From Sphingobacteriales bacterium (GTDB lineage Bacteria > Bacteroidota > Bacteroidia > Sphingobacteriales > Sphingobacteriaceae): a stretch of 64,000 nt of DNA. This document shows positions 19,338-29,018 of the stretch, piece after piece. The stretch lies in the NCBI GenBank assembly GCA_025353765.1, contig JANXOD010000041.1, positions 23,502 through 87,501 on the forward strand, read 5' to 3'. Below the pieces are notes generated by a model. That model was not told the DNA's origin. It was given only the letters and a program-made list of their open reading frames with translations, and searched no databases. A program made the translations under genes and the position numbers. Numbering within the stretch: position 1 is the first letter of the stretch; each line of letters opens with the position of its first letter.

Positions 19338-20087
19338 TTACAAAGATACTAATGACTGCAAATTCCAGGCTTTTATTTCCTCAATAGAGATACGGCCTTC
19401 ATAAATAGCTTTGCCAACTACACAGGATTCTACTTTTATTTTTTGAAGGTCTTCAATATCTTCCATCGAACTGATACCTCCGGAAGCAATCAGTTTTATA
19501 AATGGTGAATGCTCTAACAGTTTTTCATAAAGCTCTACACCTGCACCGCCAAGTTTGCCATCTTTATCAATATCGGTACATAAAAAACGAAAAAACCCCA
19601 GGCTAAGGCAACGATCTATATAACTTCTTAGTTTGATAGGTGAACTTTCCATCCAGCCGGAGTATTTAATCACTTCATTTAACACATCAATAGCAATTAC
19701 GACCTGATCAGAGCATTTATTTTTTCCGCAAATCTCTTTACTTAAATGTGTGAGGAATTCGGGATTGGTAATGGCCTGAGTACCTACTATTATCCGATGC
19801 ATCCCATAATCAATTAATTCTTTTACTTTATCAATACTTCGGATGCCGCCGCCGTACTGAACTTTCATATCGGTTTTATGAATGATGTTAAACAGGTATT
19901 TTTGATTACTAAAATCGCCCTTTGCTCCGTTAAGATCAATAATATGAATGAATTCTGTACCGTTAGACTGGTATTTTTCAATCATGTCCTCTAATGTTAC
20001 ATCATAAAAAGTAGCTTGTTCGTAGTCCCCTTCACGTAAACGGACTATTTTTCCATTAAGGATATCTATAGCAGGAATGATGTACAT
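19338..20087 (-). CDS. HisA-like (beta/alpha)8 isomerase
   Basis: N-terminal IPAIDILNGKIVRL with the catalytic Asp, VIAIDV, and phosphate-binding GGGIRS and SGGISS. No other his genes are nearby. Confidence 0.75.
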   Translation of the reverse strand: MYIIPAIDILNGKIVRLREGDYEQATFYDVTLEDMIEKYQSNGTEFIHIIDLNGAKGDFSNQKYLFNIIHKTDMKVQYGGGIRSIDKVKELIDYGMHRIIVGTQAITNPEFLTHLSKEICGKNKCSDQVVIAIDVLNEVIKYSGWMESSPIKLRSYIDRCLSLGFFRFLCTDIDKDGKLGGAGVELYEKLLEHSPFIKLIASGGISSMEDIEDLQKIKVESCVVGKAIYEGRISIEEIKAWNLQSLVSL

Positions 20088-20651
20088 AATTTTATGCTTT
20101 AGAGTGTTTTTAATTTATGACTAAACCCCAATTTGCAAAATAGAAGATAATGCCATAAAAGTTATTTTTTGCGATGTAAATTTTATTAGAGGTTCTACAA
20201 AAGCGGTCATAAATTTAGAATTAAATTCTAAAAAATAGCAATAAACAAAATAAAATGTGATGTGATTTATCATTATAACACCTTTTGCATGAGGATTATT
20301 TTATTTCAACCCTGCGAAGTGCAATTTAGTTTTAAATTCAGTAAAAAAACCAAGATTTAAAAAGGTAAGAATGAAGTTTCATCAGTTTTAGATTATCTTC
20401 TACTATAGAATATATCAATCATCAATTATGCTAAAATTTATTGAAAGTTCCCTGACAGAACAGTATATTTAATAATAGTATTGCGATATAGCCTGGATGA
20501 AATAAAATTAAATTGTGGAAAAATTGCAATATTTGCATCAATAATTGAAAGTATGCTAAATGTGATTATTACAAATATTAGTGCACTTTTAAAAAGTAGG
20601 ACAAATTATTCGGGCCAACTTTATTGAATTTTTTTAAATAGAGAATATAAA

Positions 20652-22136
20652 ATGCCCAAAAATCAAAGTTTTATAAAATCAGGATTCATTGTAATTCTGG
20701 CTCTCATTTTGTTTCAAGGCTGTAAAAATAAGCCTACGGAATTAGCAGATCCATTATTCAAAAAATTTAAGAATAAAATTTTTGAAGAGCTTGATACAGC
20801 GGGTTATAATCCTGTTTTTAGAAAAATATTAAAGGAAAAGCATTCTGAATTAAAATATGGAGATATAATAGATAATTATTATAAAAGCCATGATTATCAA
20901 CCTTTATTTGTTTATAAATTTCTTCCGAAGGATGATTTAAAACTTATTTTAGATCATTATGCTAAAGTCACAGAGCATGGTTTAAATCCTGAACTATTCA
21001 ACTACACTGAGATTAAACAGTTAGTTGATAAATTTTATAATAAAAAAAGTATCAAAACTCTTGATGAAGCCTATAAAACCATGGCTATTTTAGAGCTAAA
21101 ATCTGCGGAATCACTGATTGATTATTCTAATGCACTTCAATTCGGCTTAGTTAATCCTCGTAAAATATTCCCAAGGTATTATATGAAAACGCTTCAGCCA
21201 GATAGTGCCAGTATGGTAAACGTATTTGCAATCCACAATATGAGAGCATATCTGGATAGTATCCAGCCGAAAAATAATGGGTATAAAATTTTACAGAAGG
21301 CTTTGACAGAAAATTACGTGTATCCGGATTTAAGTGAAGAAGAAACCAGAAAAGCCATTCAGCTTAATTTGGAGCGCTTGCGTTGGAAAAACAAACCTAC
21401 AACAGATCATTATGTTTGGGTGAATATTGCAGATTACACCTTGAAATTTGTGGATAGCGATACTATAAAATTAGCGATGAAAGTGTGTGTGGGTAAGAAT
21501 ACTTCCGGTAAGAATGGCCGTCAAACTCCACAGTTGAGCAGTGAAATTTATAATGCACAGGTAAATCCAATATGGAATGTTCCGGAAAGTATTGTTAAAA
21601 ATGAGATCTACGGCAAAATGACACATAATCCATCTTACATTACAAACCACAATATGGCCGTATATAACCAGAATGGAAAGAGAATAAATCCTGATTCCAT
21701 TAATTGGTCTGCTGGTTCAAAAGGGAAGTATTCATTTAAACAAGCTCCCGGCGATTATAACTCTTTGGGCAAAATTAAATTTCAGTTTTTGAATGCAAGT
21801 AGTGTGTATCTTCATGATACTCCTGCCAAATCGCCATTTAAATTGACGGTTAGAGCGGTGAGTCATGGTTGTGTACGGCTGGAAAAGCCTTTGGAGTTTG
21901 CGAAAGCTTTATTTGGTGAAGGTGCAAAATATAAGCTGATTCAAAAAGAAATGAAAGAAAGTAACCCAACCCCCCGTGACATACCTGTAAATCCCAAAGT
22001 GCCTGTTTTTTTAGATTATATGACTTGTTTTGTGGGAGACAGCAGTCAAATTCAGATCAGGCCAGATATATATAAACTGGATAAGATACTGTATTCTAAA
22101 ATGAAAAGCAGCCTTGCGCCAATAGCACCTAAGTAA
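20652..22136 (+). CDS. L,D-transpeptidase family protein
   Basis: YkuD catalytic motif LHDTP...SHGCVRLEKP, preceded by a lipoprotein-type signal (LFQGC). Confidence 0.8.
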   Translation: MPKNQSFIKSGFIVILALILFQGCKNKPTELADPLFKKFKNKIFEELDTAGYNPVFRKILKEKHSELKYGDIIDNYYKSHDYQPLFVYKFLPKDDLKLILDHYAKVTEHGLNPELFNYTEIKQLVDKFYNKKSIKTLDEAYKTMAILELKSAESLIDYSNALQFGLVNPRKIFPRYYMKTLQPDSASMVNVFAIHNMRAYLDSIQPKNNGYKILQKALTENYVYPDLSEEETRKAIQLNLERLRWKNKPTTDHYVWVNIADYTLKFVDSDTIKLAMKVCVGKNTSGKNGRQTPQLSSEIYNAQVNPIWNVPESIVKNEIYGKMTHNPSYITNHNMAVYNQNGKRINPDSINWSAGSKGKYSFKQAPGDYNSLGKIKFQFLNASSVYLHDTPAKSPFKLTVRAVSHGCVRLEKPLEFAKALFGEGAKYKLIQKEMKESNPTPRDIPVNPKVPVFLDYMTCFVGDSSQIQIRPDIYKLDKILYSKMKSSLAPIAPK

Positions 22137-22259
22137 TATATTTTCGCCAGGTCAATTGTGACATTTGTCAAACCCCATTGTGAAACTGGCGGAAGCGATT
22201 GTGAATAATAAAAGCCATTCCAATGAAATTGACTTAATTTTTTTAGCTTTGATTTTTAA

Positions 22260-24314
22260 ATGAGCTTCCTATATCCCGGATTTCTGTTTGCTCTTCTGGC
22301 TATCGTCATCCCTGTTATTATCCATCTTTATAATTTCAGGAAATTTAAAAAGGTTTATTTTAGTAATGTTCGGTTTTTAAAATCGATAGAGCAGCAAACC
22401 TCATCGCGGCAGCATATTAAAAACAGGCTTATACTTCTTAGCCGCATTTTAGCCATTACTTTCCTGGTGTTCGCTTTTGCTAAACCATATATCCCTGTTA
22501 AAAATCAATCTCATGCATTTGGCTCTAATGTGGTGAGCATATTTATTGATAATTCATTTAGTATGGAAACCCTTAATAAAGAGGGTTCTTTATTGGATGA
22601 AGCTAAACGCCGGGCCAAAGAAATTGTTTCTGCTTATGGTCTTAATGATAAATTTCAATTATTAACTACTGATTTTGAAAGCAAACATCAACGCCTGCTT
22701 AGTTTAGAAGACTTTCAAAATGCTGTAGATGAAATAAAGATCAGCACAAACAGTAAAAATTTAGACCAGATCATCCTCCGCCAAAAAGATATTTTTTTAA
22801 AAGAACCCAATGCGAAGAAAACCATTTATATACTGTCAGATTTTCAAAAAAATATACTGGAAAACTTTCCTCCCATTAAAGCAGATAGTTCGGTTACGAT
22901 TAGATTAGTGCGTTTGAAAGCAAATGCACTTTCTAATGTTTCTGTAGATTCAGTTTGGTTTTTATCCCCCATTCATAAACCCGGCGAAACTGAAAAATTG
23001 ATTGTAAAGCTCCGGAATAATTCGGATGTAAAGGCTGTTGGTGTACCTGTGAAATTGACTGTAAATAACCATCAAAAAGCATTAGGTAGTTTAACCAGTG
23101 AACCTAGAGCAAGCAGAATGGATACGCTATCTTTTAGCGGACTTTTGGCCGGATGGCAGCAAGCACAGATTAATATTACAGATTATCCGGTTGTTTTTGA
23201 TGATATACTTTATTTCAGTTTTTATGTGCAAAATAGTTTGCCACTATTGGTGATTAATCAATCTGTAGAAAACCCATATATACAGGCTGTATATCATTCT
23301 GATCCTTTTTTTAAACCTGTTAGCATGTTAGCTGGTAATATTAATTATTCCCAGCTAAGCAATTACTCTTTTATTATACTGAATGAAATTGATGATATTT
23401 CATCCGGTTTAATACAGCAATTAAAAGGTTATGTGCAGCATGGTGGCACTTTAACGATTTTCCCATCATTAAACCCGGATTTAACATCCTTAAAAAATCT
23501 GTTGCAGGCATTGGGTACAGATATTCCGGAAAGTATTATTACTGAAGAAACAAAAGTAAGTAGCATTAATTTACAACATCCTGTGTTTAAGGGAGTTTTT
23601 GAACGCCAATCTCCAAAAATGGATCTGCCTGTTGCCAAAAAATATATTCGCTATAGTAATCAAAGTCGCAGCAGCAAACAAAGTTTATTAGAATTACCCG
23701 GCGGCAGAAGTTTTTTTGATGAATACCTGATAGGCAAGGGAAAAATCTTTCTATCAGCCGTACCTTTAGAGGATGAAGCCGGCAATTTTCAGCAGCATTC
23801 TGTTTTCGTGCCTATTATGTATCAAGCGGCCTTATTAAGTATGCGTGATCAGCGATTGTTTTATACTTTAGGAGAGGATCAAAATATAGAGATCCCTAAA
23901 ATTACATTGAACGCTAATCAAACATTTAAATTAAGAAAAGAAGGTTTTGAGGCTATCCCGGACGTACGCCAAACCGAAAACGGAACTCAATTATACGTTG
24001 CAGATCAAATAAAAGAAAAAGGGAATTATCAATTATTAAAAGCAGATAGTGTAATAGCTATGGCTGCTTTTAATAATAATGGTAGCGAGTCTGATTTAAC
24101 GTATGCTGATGATAAAGAACTGGTTTCTAAATTCCCGAATCAAAAAATAGATTTGTTTAATACTGAACAGGCATCTTTACAAAATGATATAAAATCGGTT
24201 AACCAGGGAATGCAGTTATGGAAGATTTGTCTGATTTTAGCTTTATTATGCCTGACTGCAGAAATTTTATTGATCCGCTTTTATAAGAATTTCCAACCTA
24301 TACTATCATCATAA
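22260..24314 (+). CDS. BatA-domain (aerotolerance N-terminal double-TM) protein
   Basis: The N-terminus FLYPGFLFALLAIVIPVIIHLYNFRKFKKVYFSNVRFL is typical of the BatA N-terminal domain. There is also a C-terminal TM helix. Confidence 0.7.
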   Translation: MSFLYPGFLFALLAIVIPVIIHLYNFRKFKKVYFSNVRFLKSIEQQTSSRQHIKNRLILLSRILAITFLVFAFAKPYIPVKNQSHAFGSNVVSIFIDNSFSMETLNKEGSLLDEAKRRAKEIVSAYGLNDKFQLLTTDFESKHQRLLSLEDFQNAVDEIKISTNSKNLDQIILRQKDIFLKEPNAKKTIYILSDFQKNILENFPPIKADSSVTIRLVRLKANALSNVSVDSVWFLSPIHKPGETEKLIVKLRNNSDVKAVGVPVKLTVNNHQKALGSLTSEPRASRMDTLSFSGLLAGWQQAQINITDYPVVFDDILYFSFYVQNSLPLLVINQSVENPYIQAVYHSDPFFKPVSMLAGNINYSQLSNYSFIILNEIDDISSGLIQQLKGYVQHGGTLTIFPSLNPDLTSLKNLLQALGTDIPESIITEETKVSSINLQHPVFKGVFERQSPKMDLPVAKKYIRYSNQSRSSKQSLLELPGGRSFFDEYLIGKGKIFLSAVPLEDEAGNFQQHSVFVPIMYQAALLSMRDQRLFYTLGEDQNIEIPKITLNANQTFKLRKEGFEAIPDVRQTENGTQLYVADQIKEKGNYQLLKADSVIAMAAFNNNGSESDLTYADDKELVSKFPNQKIDLFNTEQASLQNDIKSVNQGMQLWKICLILALLCLTAEILLIRFYKNFQPILSS

Positions 24315-25579
24315 TGGGAAAACTACTTATTCAATCCGCTACTATTCTTGATCCACAAAGCAAGTATCATAAAACGGTTCATGATATTTTAATTATCGAT
24401 GGGCGGATATCTGAAATCAGTAAACAGATAAATGTCTCTGATAAGGAAACGGTAATAATTAATGCTAAAAGCCACTATCTGTCACCAGGATTTTTTGATT
24501 TGAACGTGAATTTTGGCGAACCCGGACTGGAAACCAAAGAAGATATGGAGAGTGGCTGCCATGCCGCCGCCGCTGGTGGTTTTACAGGTTTGGCTTTAAT
24601 GCCCAATACAGAACCGCCCATACATTCTAAAGCCGAAGTTTTATATATCGTAAATAAAACAAAACATAGCCTGGTTCATGTTTATCCTTTAGGAAGCATA
24701 AGTCAGCACCGCGAAGGAATTGAACTGGCCGAATTGTATGATATGCAGCAATCCGGAGCTATTGCCTTTACAGATGGAAACCGGGCAATAGCAAATGCGG
24801 GTTTGATGAGTAGGGCTTTGTTATACAGTAAAGGTTTTGATGGATTGATATTCTCTTACGCCGAAGATGCCAGTATAGCCAATAAAGGGAAAATGAACGA
24901 AGGTGCCATGAGTACTTTGCTGGGAATTAAAGGCAATCCGGCTTTAGCCGAAGAATTAATGGTGGCACGAGATATTTATTTGGCCGAATATAATGATGCA
25001 AAGATTCATTTTAGCACGATAAGTACTGCGGGAAGTGTGGAACTCATTCGGCAGGCAAAGAAAAGAAAGCTGAAAGTTACTTGTGATGCGGCCGCTCATC
25101 ACCTGGTTCTCTCAGAAGATGAGTTGGAAAGTTTCGACAGCCAATATAAAGTAAAACCACCTTTACGCACAAAGGCTGATATTAAGGCATTAATTGCAGG
25201 ACTAAAAGATGGTACTATTGATGCCATTGTTTCGCAGCATACACCCCATGAAATCGAATTTAAAAATGTGGAATTTGAAATTGCCAGTTATGGGATGACG
25301 GGATTGCAAACTGCCTTATGTCTGGCTATTCAGGCAGGTTTAACGGCAGAAGAGATTGTGGATAAGATGGCTTTTAATCCGCGTAAAGTTTTAGGTTTGC
25401 CTGTGCAGGCGATAGCAGAAAATGAAAAAGCTAATCTGGTTATTTTTGATATGCAGGCAGAATGGATTTTTAACGAAGAGACTAATTTTTCAAAGTCGTC
25501 AAACTCACCTTTAATGGGAAAAATGCTAAAAGGTAAAGTTAGGCTGGTTTTTAATAATGATCAGTATATTAGATTTTAA
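24314..25579 (+). CDS. dihydroorotase-like protein, predicted catalytically inactive
   Basis: Collinear with class I DHOase (PGFFDLNVNFGEPG...MPNTEPP...AAHHL...SQHTPH). The HxH motif is NxN, and the DHAPH Asp is Gln. Confidence 0.75.
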   Translation: MGKLLIQSATILDPQSKYHKTVHDILIIDGRISEISKQINVSDKETVIINAKSHYLSPGFFDLNVNFGEPGLETKEDMESGCHAAAAGGFTGLALMPNTEPPIHSKAEVLYIVNKTKHSLVHVYPLGSISQHREGIELAELYDMQQSGAIAFTDGNRAIANAGLMSRALLYSKGFDGLIFSYAEDASIANKGKMNEGAMSTLLGIKGNPALAEELMVARDIYLAEYNDAKIHFSTISTAGSVELIRQAKKRKLKVTCDAAAHHLVLSEDELESFDSQYKVKPPLRTKADIKALIAGLKDGTIDAIVSQHTPHEIEFKNVEFEIASYGMTGLQTALCLAIQAGLTAEEIVDKMAFNPRKVLGLPVQAIAENEKANLVIFDMQAEWIFNEETNFSKSSNSPLMGKMLKGKVRLVFNNDQYIRF

Positions 25580-25586
25580 TTAACAC

Positions 25587-26258
25587 ATGGATAAAAAGTT
25601 GAAAGATGCCATAAAGAATGCTTTAGAGCAGTTTGGTAAGCGAAATGACTTTAATACAAAAGTGTTTTTAAACACTCTTATTACTGTTTTTGAAGCTGAT
25701 AAACCCTATCTTGAAAAAGTAGCAGCATTGGATGCCGTATTTGACGGAACACCTGTTTTTGAATCATTACGTGAAATTTTCTTTGATTTATTACTGATCA
25801 ATTTCTTTACAGAAGATGTTCAAAAACTGGAGGAAGACTATTTAGAGTCAAAAGAATGGGAAGCTATTGAGGAAGAAACTTTAGATCGGGGTACTGAATT
25901 ATTAAATGTACTACTGTATTTAAAAGAATGTGAAGATGAAGATATAGAGCCCGAGCTTGAAGATTTTTTAAAAGAGTTTCTATTGGTTGAAGAAGATGAA
26001 TTTCAGGATGAACATCGTATTTATGAAGATATTATAGCAAACCAGATTTTGGTAGAAAGTTCATTGGAGGAAATATCACGTGTTTCTAAAAACATCTCTG
26101 AGTTTTCTGAAATTAAGGAATTATTTTATCCCATAATGGGCTTTTTTCGCGACCAGCAACCAAACGAAAATGAATTTGAATTGTTTATAAAAAATAGTTT
26201 AAATCCAGATTTCGATTCAGCAGTATATTCTCTTTTAATCACTTATAATCATAAATAA
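25587..26258 (+). CDS. acidic hypothetical protein
   Basis: 223-aa ORF rich in Glu and Asp, with no motif recognised. Confidence 0.45.
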   Translation: MDKKLKDAIKNALEQFGKRNDFNTKVFLNTLITVFEADKPYLEKVAALDAVFDGTPVFESLREIFFDLLLINFFTEDVQKLEEDYLESKEWEAIEEETLDRGTELLNVLLYLKECEDEDIEPELEDFLKEFLLVEEDEFQDEHRIYEDIIANQILVESSLEEISRVSKNISEFSEIKELFYPIMGFFRDQQPNENEFELFIKNSLNPDFDSAVYSLLITYNHK

Positions 26259-26276
26259 TAATTAAACAAACTCAGA

Positions 26277-26855
26277 ATGGAAACAATAGTACAATTTGAA
26301 ACTGACCCTAAAAAGCTTGCTTTAACTAATGCTTTAATTTGGGCAGCAATTAATATTGCTCTTTTTTTATTGGTTTATTATACGAAGCCAGATTTAATGG
26401 GGTCTTTTTGGTTTGCAGGAATTAGCATTGCGATTGCTTTAGGTCTTGCTGTATATTTTTGTATAGATATTCGTAAGAAAATTGGAGGATACTGGTCTTT
26501 TAAAGAAGCATTAGGCAGTATATTCATTATGTTTTTTACACAGGCAATAATTGTCCTGTTTTTCTCCACTATTTTCGGTAAGTTCATCGAGCCTTCATAT
26601 CCTGCAAAAATGAAAGAAATTGCCTCATCAAGTGCTCAAAGAATGATGGAAAAAATGGGAATGGATCAGGATCAGATTGATAAAGCGATGACAGAGACTG
26701 AAGTTAAATTTGAAAAACAATTTAACCCAGGTGTTAAAGATCTCCTAATAACTATTGCCACATCAGCAATTATGTATTTTATTGGAGCCTTAATTTTTGC
26801 AGCTATATTTAAAAAAGAACAGCCCATATTTGCTTCTACTACAGAAGACGAATAG
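26277..26855 (+). CDS. membrane protein (DUF4199-like)
   Basis: Four predicted TM helices. Size and topology resemble DUF4199. Confidence 0.5.
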   Translation: METIVQFETDPKKLALTNALIWAAINIALFLLVYYTKPDLMGSFWFAGISIAIALGLAVYFCIDIRKKIGGYWSFKEALGSIFIMFFTQAIIVLFFSTIFGKFIEPSYPAKMKEIASSSAQRMMEKMGMDQDQIDKAMTETEVKFEKQFNPGVKDLLITIATSAIMYFIGALIFAAIFKKEQPIFASTTEDE

Positions 26856-26868
26856 TGGATTTTTTAAT

Positions 26869-26909
26869 AACGTGCAAATTTTGTCGATTATATTGACAAA
26901 ATTTGCACG
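26869..26909 (+). terminator. perfect 16-bp stem hairpin (terminator or operator)
   Basis: acgtgcaaattttgtc (26869-26884) pairs with gacaaaatttgcacgt (26894-26909). Only a weak T tail follows. Confidence 0.45.
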
Positions 26910-26978
26910 TTTCTATATGAGTTTGTATAGGACTAATCCTGTATCACAATACTCAATACGCAAATCTCATCTCTCAAA

Positions 26979-27929
26979 ATGGATATATCTGTAGTTGTAC
27001 CTTTACTAAATGAAGCAGAATCTTTACCGGAGCTATGCGCCTGGATTAAGAAGGTAATGGATGAGCATAAGTACAGTTATGAGATTATTTTAGTAGATGA
27101 TGGCAGTAATGATGATTCATGGGAAGTAATTGAGAATCTCAAGGCAGAGCATAATAATATATTAGGTATAAAATTCCGCCGAAATTATGGCAAATCGGCA
27201 GCTTTAAATGTAGGGTTTGAAGCAGCGCAGGGTAATGTGGTGATCACCATGGATGCCGATCTTCAAGATAGTCCCGATGAAATACCTGAACTCCATCGCC
27301 GGATTATAGAAGAAAAATTTGATTTGATTTCAGGCTGGAAACAAAAAAGATACGACCCAATAACTAAAACACTTCCTACCAAACTTTTTAATTCGGTTAC
27401 GCGAAGTATGTCCGGTATCCATAACCTGCATGATTTTAATTGCGGGTTGAAGGCATACAGAAAAGATGTAGTAAAAAGTATCGAAGTTTATGGTGAGATG
27501 CATCGTTATATACCTGTATTAGCTAAATGGGCAGGCTTTAAAAACATCGGCGAGCAGGTTGTAGAGCACAGAGCACGTAAATATGGAAAAACAAAATTTG
27601 GCTTCAGCCGATTTGTAAATGGTTTTTTAGACCTGCTTTCTATCTTCTTTGTTGGGAAATTTGCTAAACGGCCTATGCATTTCTTTGGTACAATGGGAGT
27701 TTTAGGCTTTACCACAGGTTTTATTCTAGCTATTTGGATTATCGCAGATAAATTGATAGCCATTGCTCATGGTGCAAAATTTCGTAATATAACCGATCAG
27801 CCCTTATTTTATATTGCATTGGTTGCTATAATTGTAGGTTTCCAATTATTTCTAACGGGTTTTATTGCCGAGCTAGTTTCGCGTAATGGAGTAGAACGTA
27901 ACTCATATCAGATTGAAAAAACAGTGTAA
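26979..27929 (+). CDS. family 2 glycosyltransferase (polyprenol-phosphate GT-like)
   Basis: VVVPLLNE, the DxD-type motif DADLQD, and two C-terminal TM helices. Confidence 0.85.
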   Translation: MDISVVVPLLNEAESLPELCAWIKKVMDEHKYSYEIILVDDGSNDDSWEVIENLKAEHNNILGIKFRRNYGKSAALNVGFEAAQGNVVITMDADLQDSPDEIPELHRRIIEEKFDLISGWKQKRYDPITKTLPTKLFNSVTRSMSGIHNLHDFNCGLKAYRKDVVKSIEVYGEMHRYIPVLAKWAGFKNIGEQVVEHRARKYGKTKFGFSRFVNGFLDLLSIFFVGKFAKRPMHFFGTMGVLGFTTGFILAIWIIADKLIAIAHGAKFRNITDQPLFYIALVAIIVGFQLFLTGFIAELVSRNGVERNSYQIEKTV

Positions 27930-28049
27930 TATGCTAATAAATAAATGTGCTAATGTGTTAATATGAATAGTGTATTACTGGTAAATTAATAACAACTTCC
28001 TTATTAAGCACATTAAACAAATAGCAAACTAGCACATTAAATAATCAGC

Positions 28050-29018
28050 ATGTTTTTCTCCATCATTATTCCATTATATAACCGACCTCAGGAAATTGAT
28101 GAACTGCTGCACACCTTAACGCAGCAAACTTATCCTCAATTTGAAGTGTTGGTTATTGAAGATGGTTCAAAAGTGGATGCCCGTGAGATTGTTGAGAGCT
28201 ACCGCAATCAATTGGATATTAATTATTATTTTAAAGAAAACGGAGGTCAAGGCTTTGCCCGGAATTATGGCTTTGAACATGCAAAAGGAGATTTTTTTGT
28301 AATTTTTGATTCAGATTGCCTTATCCCGCGTAACTATTTGGAAATCGTAAAAAATTATTTGCTTGAACACCAATTAGATGCTTACGGTGGTCCGGATGCT
28401 GCTCATGAATCTTTTACACCTATACAAAAAGCAATCAGCTATTCTATGACATCGCCATTTACAACAGGCGGTATCCGTGGAAATAAAAAGCGTATTGGGC
28501 AATTTCATCCGCGTAGTTTTAATATGGGCATATCACGTAAAGTCTGGAAAAAAACCGATGGATTTATGTTAACCCGTTCAGGAGAAGATATTGAATTCAG
28601 CATTCGTATAAACTCATTAGGTTTTAAAACAGGTTTAATTCCGGATGCAATCGTTTTTCATAAAAGGCGTACAAGCTTCAAACAATTTTTTAAGCAATTG
28701 CATTTTTTTGGAAGAGCACGTATTAATATTTATAAACACTTTCCATCAGAATTAAAGCTGGTACATTTTTCCCCCGCATTGTTCACTTTGTTTTTAGGCT
28801 TAAGTTTAGTATTAAACCTGTTTAAAAGTCCTTTATCGGGAATTTGTAATTTTTTTCTTGCAGTTTATGTTTTGTTAATATTTTTTCACTCTTGGGGTAA
28901 AAATAAATCCGCAAAAGTTGCATTTTTGAGTATCATCGCTGCATTTGTACAATTAACTGCTTATGGCTTAGGTTTCATTCAGGATTTTTGGAAACGCATC
29001 ATTTTAAATAAGTCATGA
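28050..29018 (+). CDS. family 2 glycosyltransferase
   Basis: FSIIIPLYNR, IFDSDC, GEDIEFS, and C-terminal TM helices. Confidence 0.85.
   Translation: MFFSIIIPLYNRPQEIDELLHTLTQQTYPQFEVLVIEDGSKVDAREIVESYRNQLDINYYFKENGGQGFARNYGFEHAKGDFFVIFDSDCLIPRNYLEIVKNYLLEHQLDAYGGPDAAHESFTPIQKAISYSMTSPFTTGGIRGNKKRIGQFHPRSFNMGISRKVWKKTDGFMLTRSGEDIEFSIRINSLGFKTGLIPDAIVFHKRRTSFKQFFKQLHFFGRARINIYKHFPSELKLVHFSPALFTLFLGLSLVLNLFKSPLSGICNFFLAVYVLLIFFHSWGKNKSAKVAFLSIIAAFVQLTAYGLGFIQDFWKRIILNKS

Noticed and set aside
20088-20651. 564-bp AT-rich intergenic region that might hide a small RNA or small ORF; it contains the short palindrome TGCAATATTTGCA at 20524-20536
   Set aside because: No convincing stem-loop plus terminator unit, no conserved-looking ORF, and a single 5-bp-arm palindrome is expected by chance in AT-rich DNA.
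27944-28040. TAATGTGCTA / TAGCACATTA inverted repeat and GCACATTAA direct repeats between the two GT2 genes
   Set aside because: The arms are only about 10 bp and lie about 75 nt apart in AT-rich DNA. That is not enough to claim a structure or operator without comparative data.
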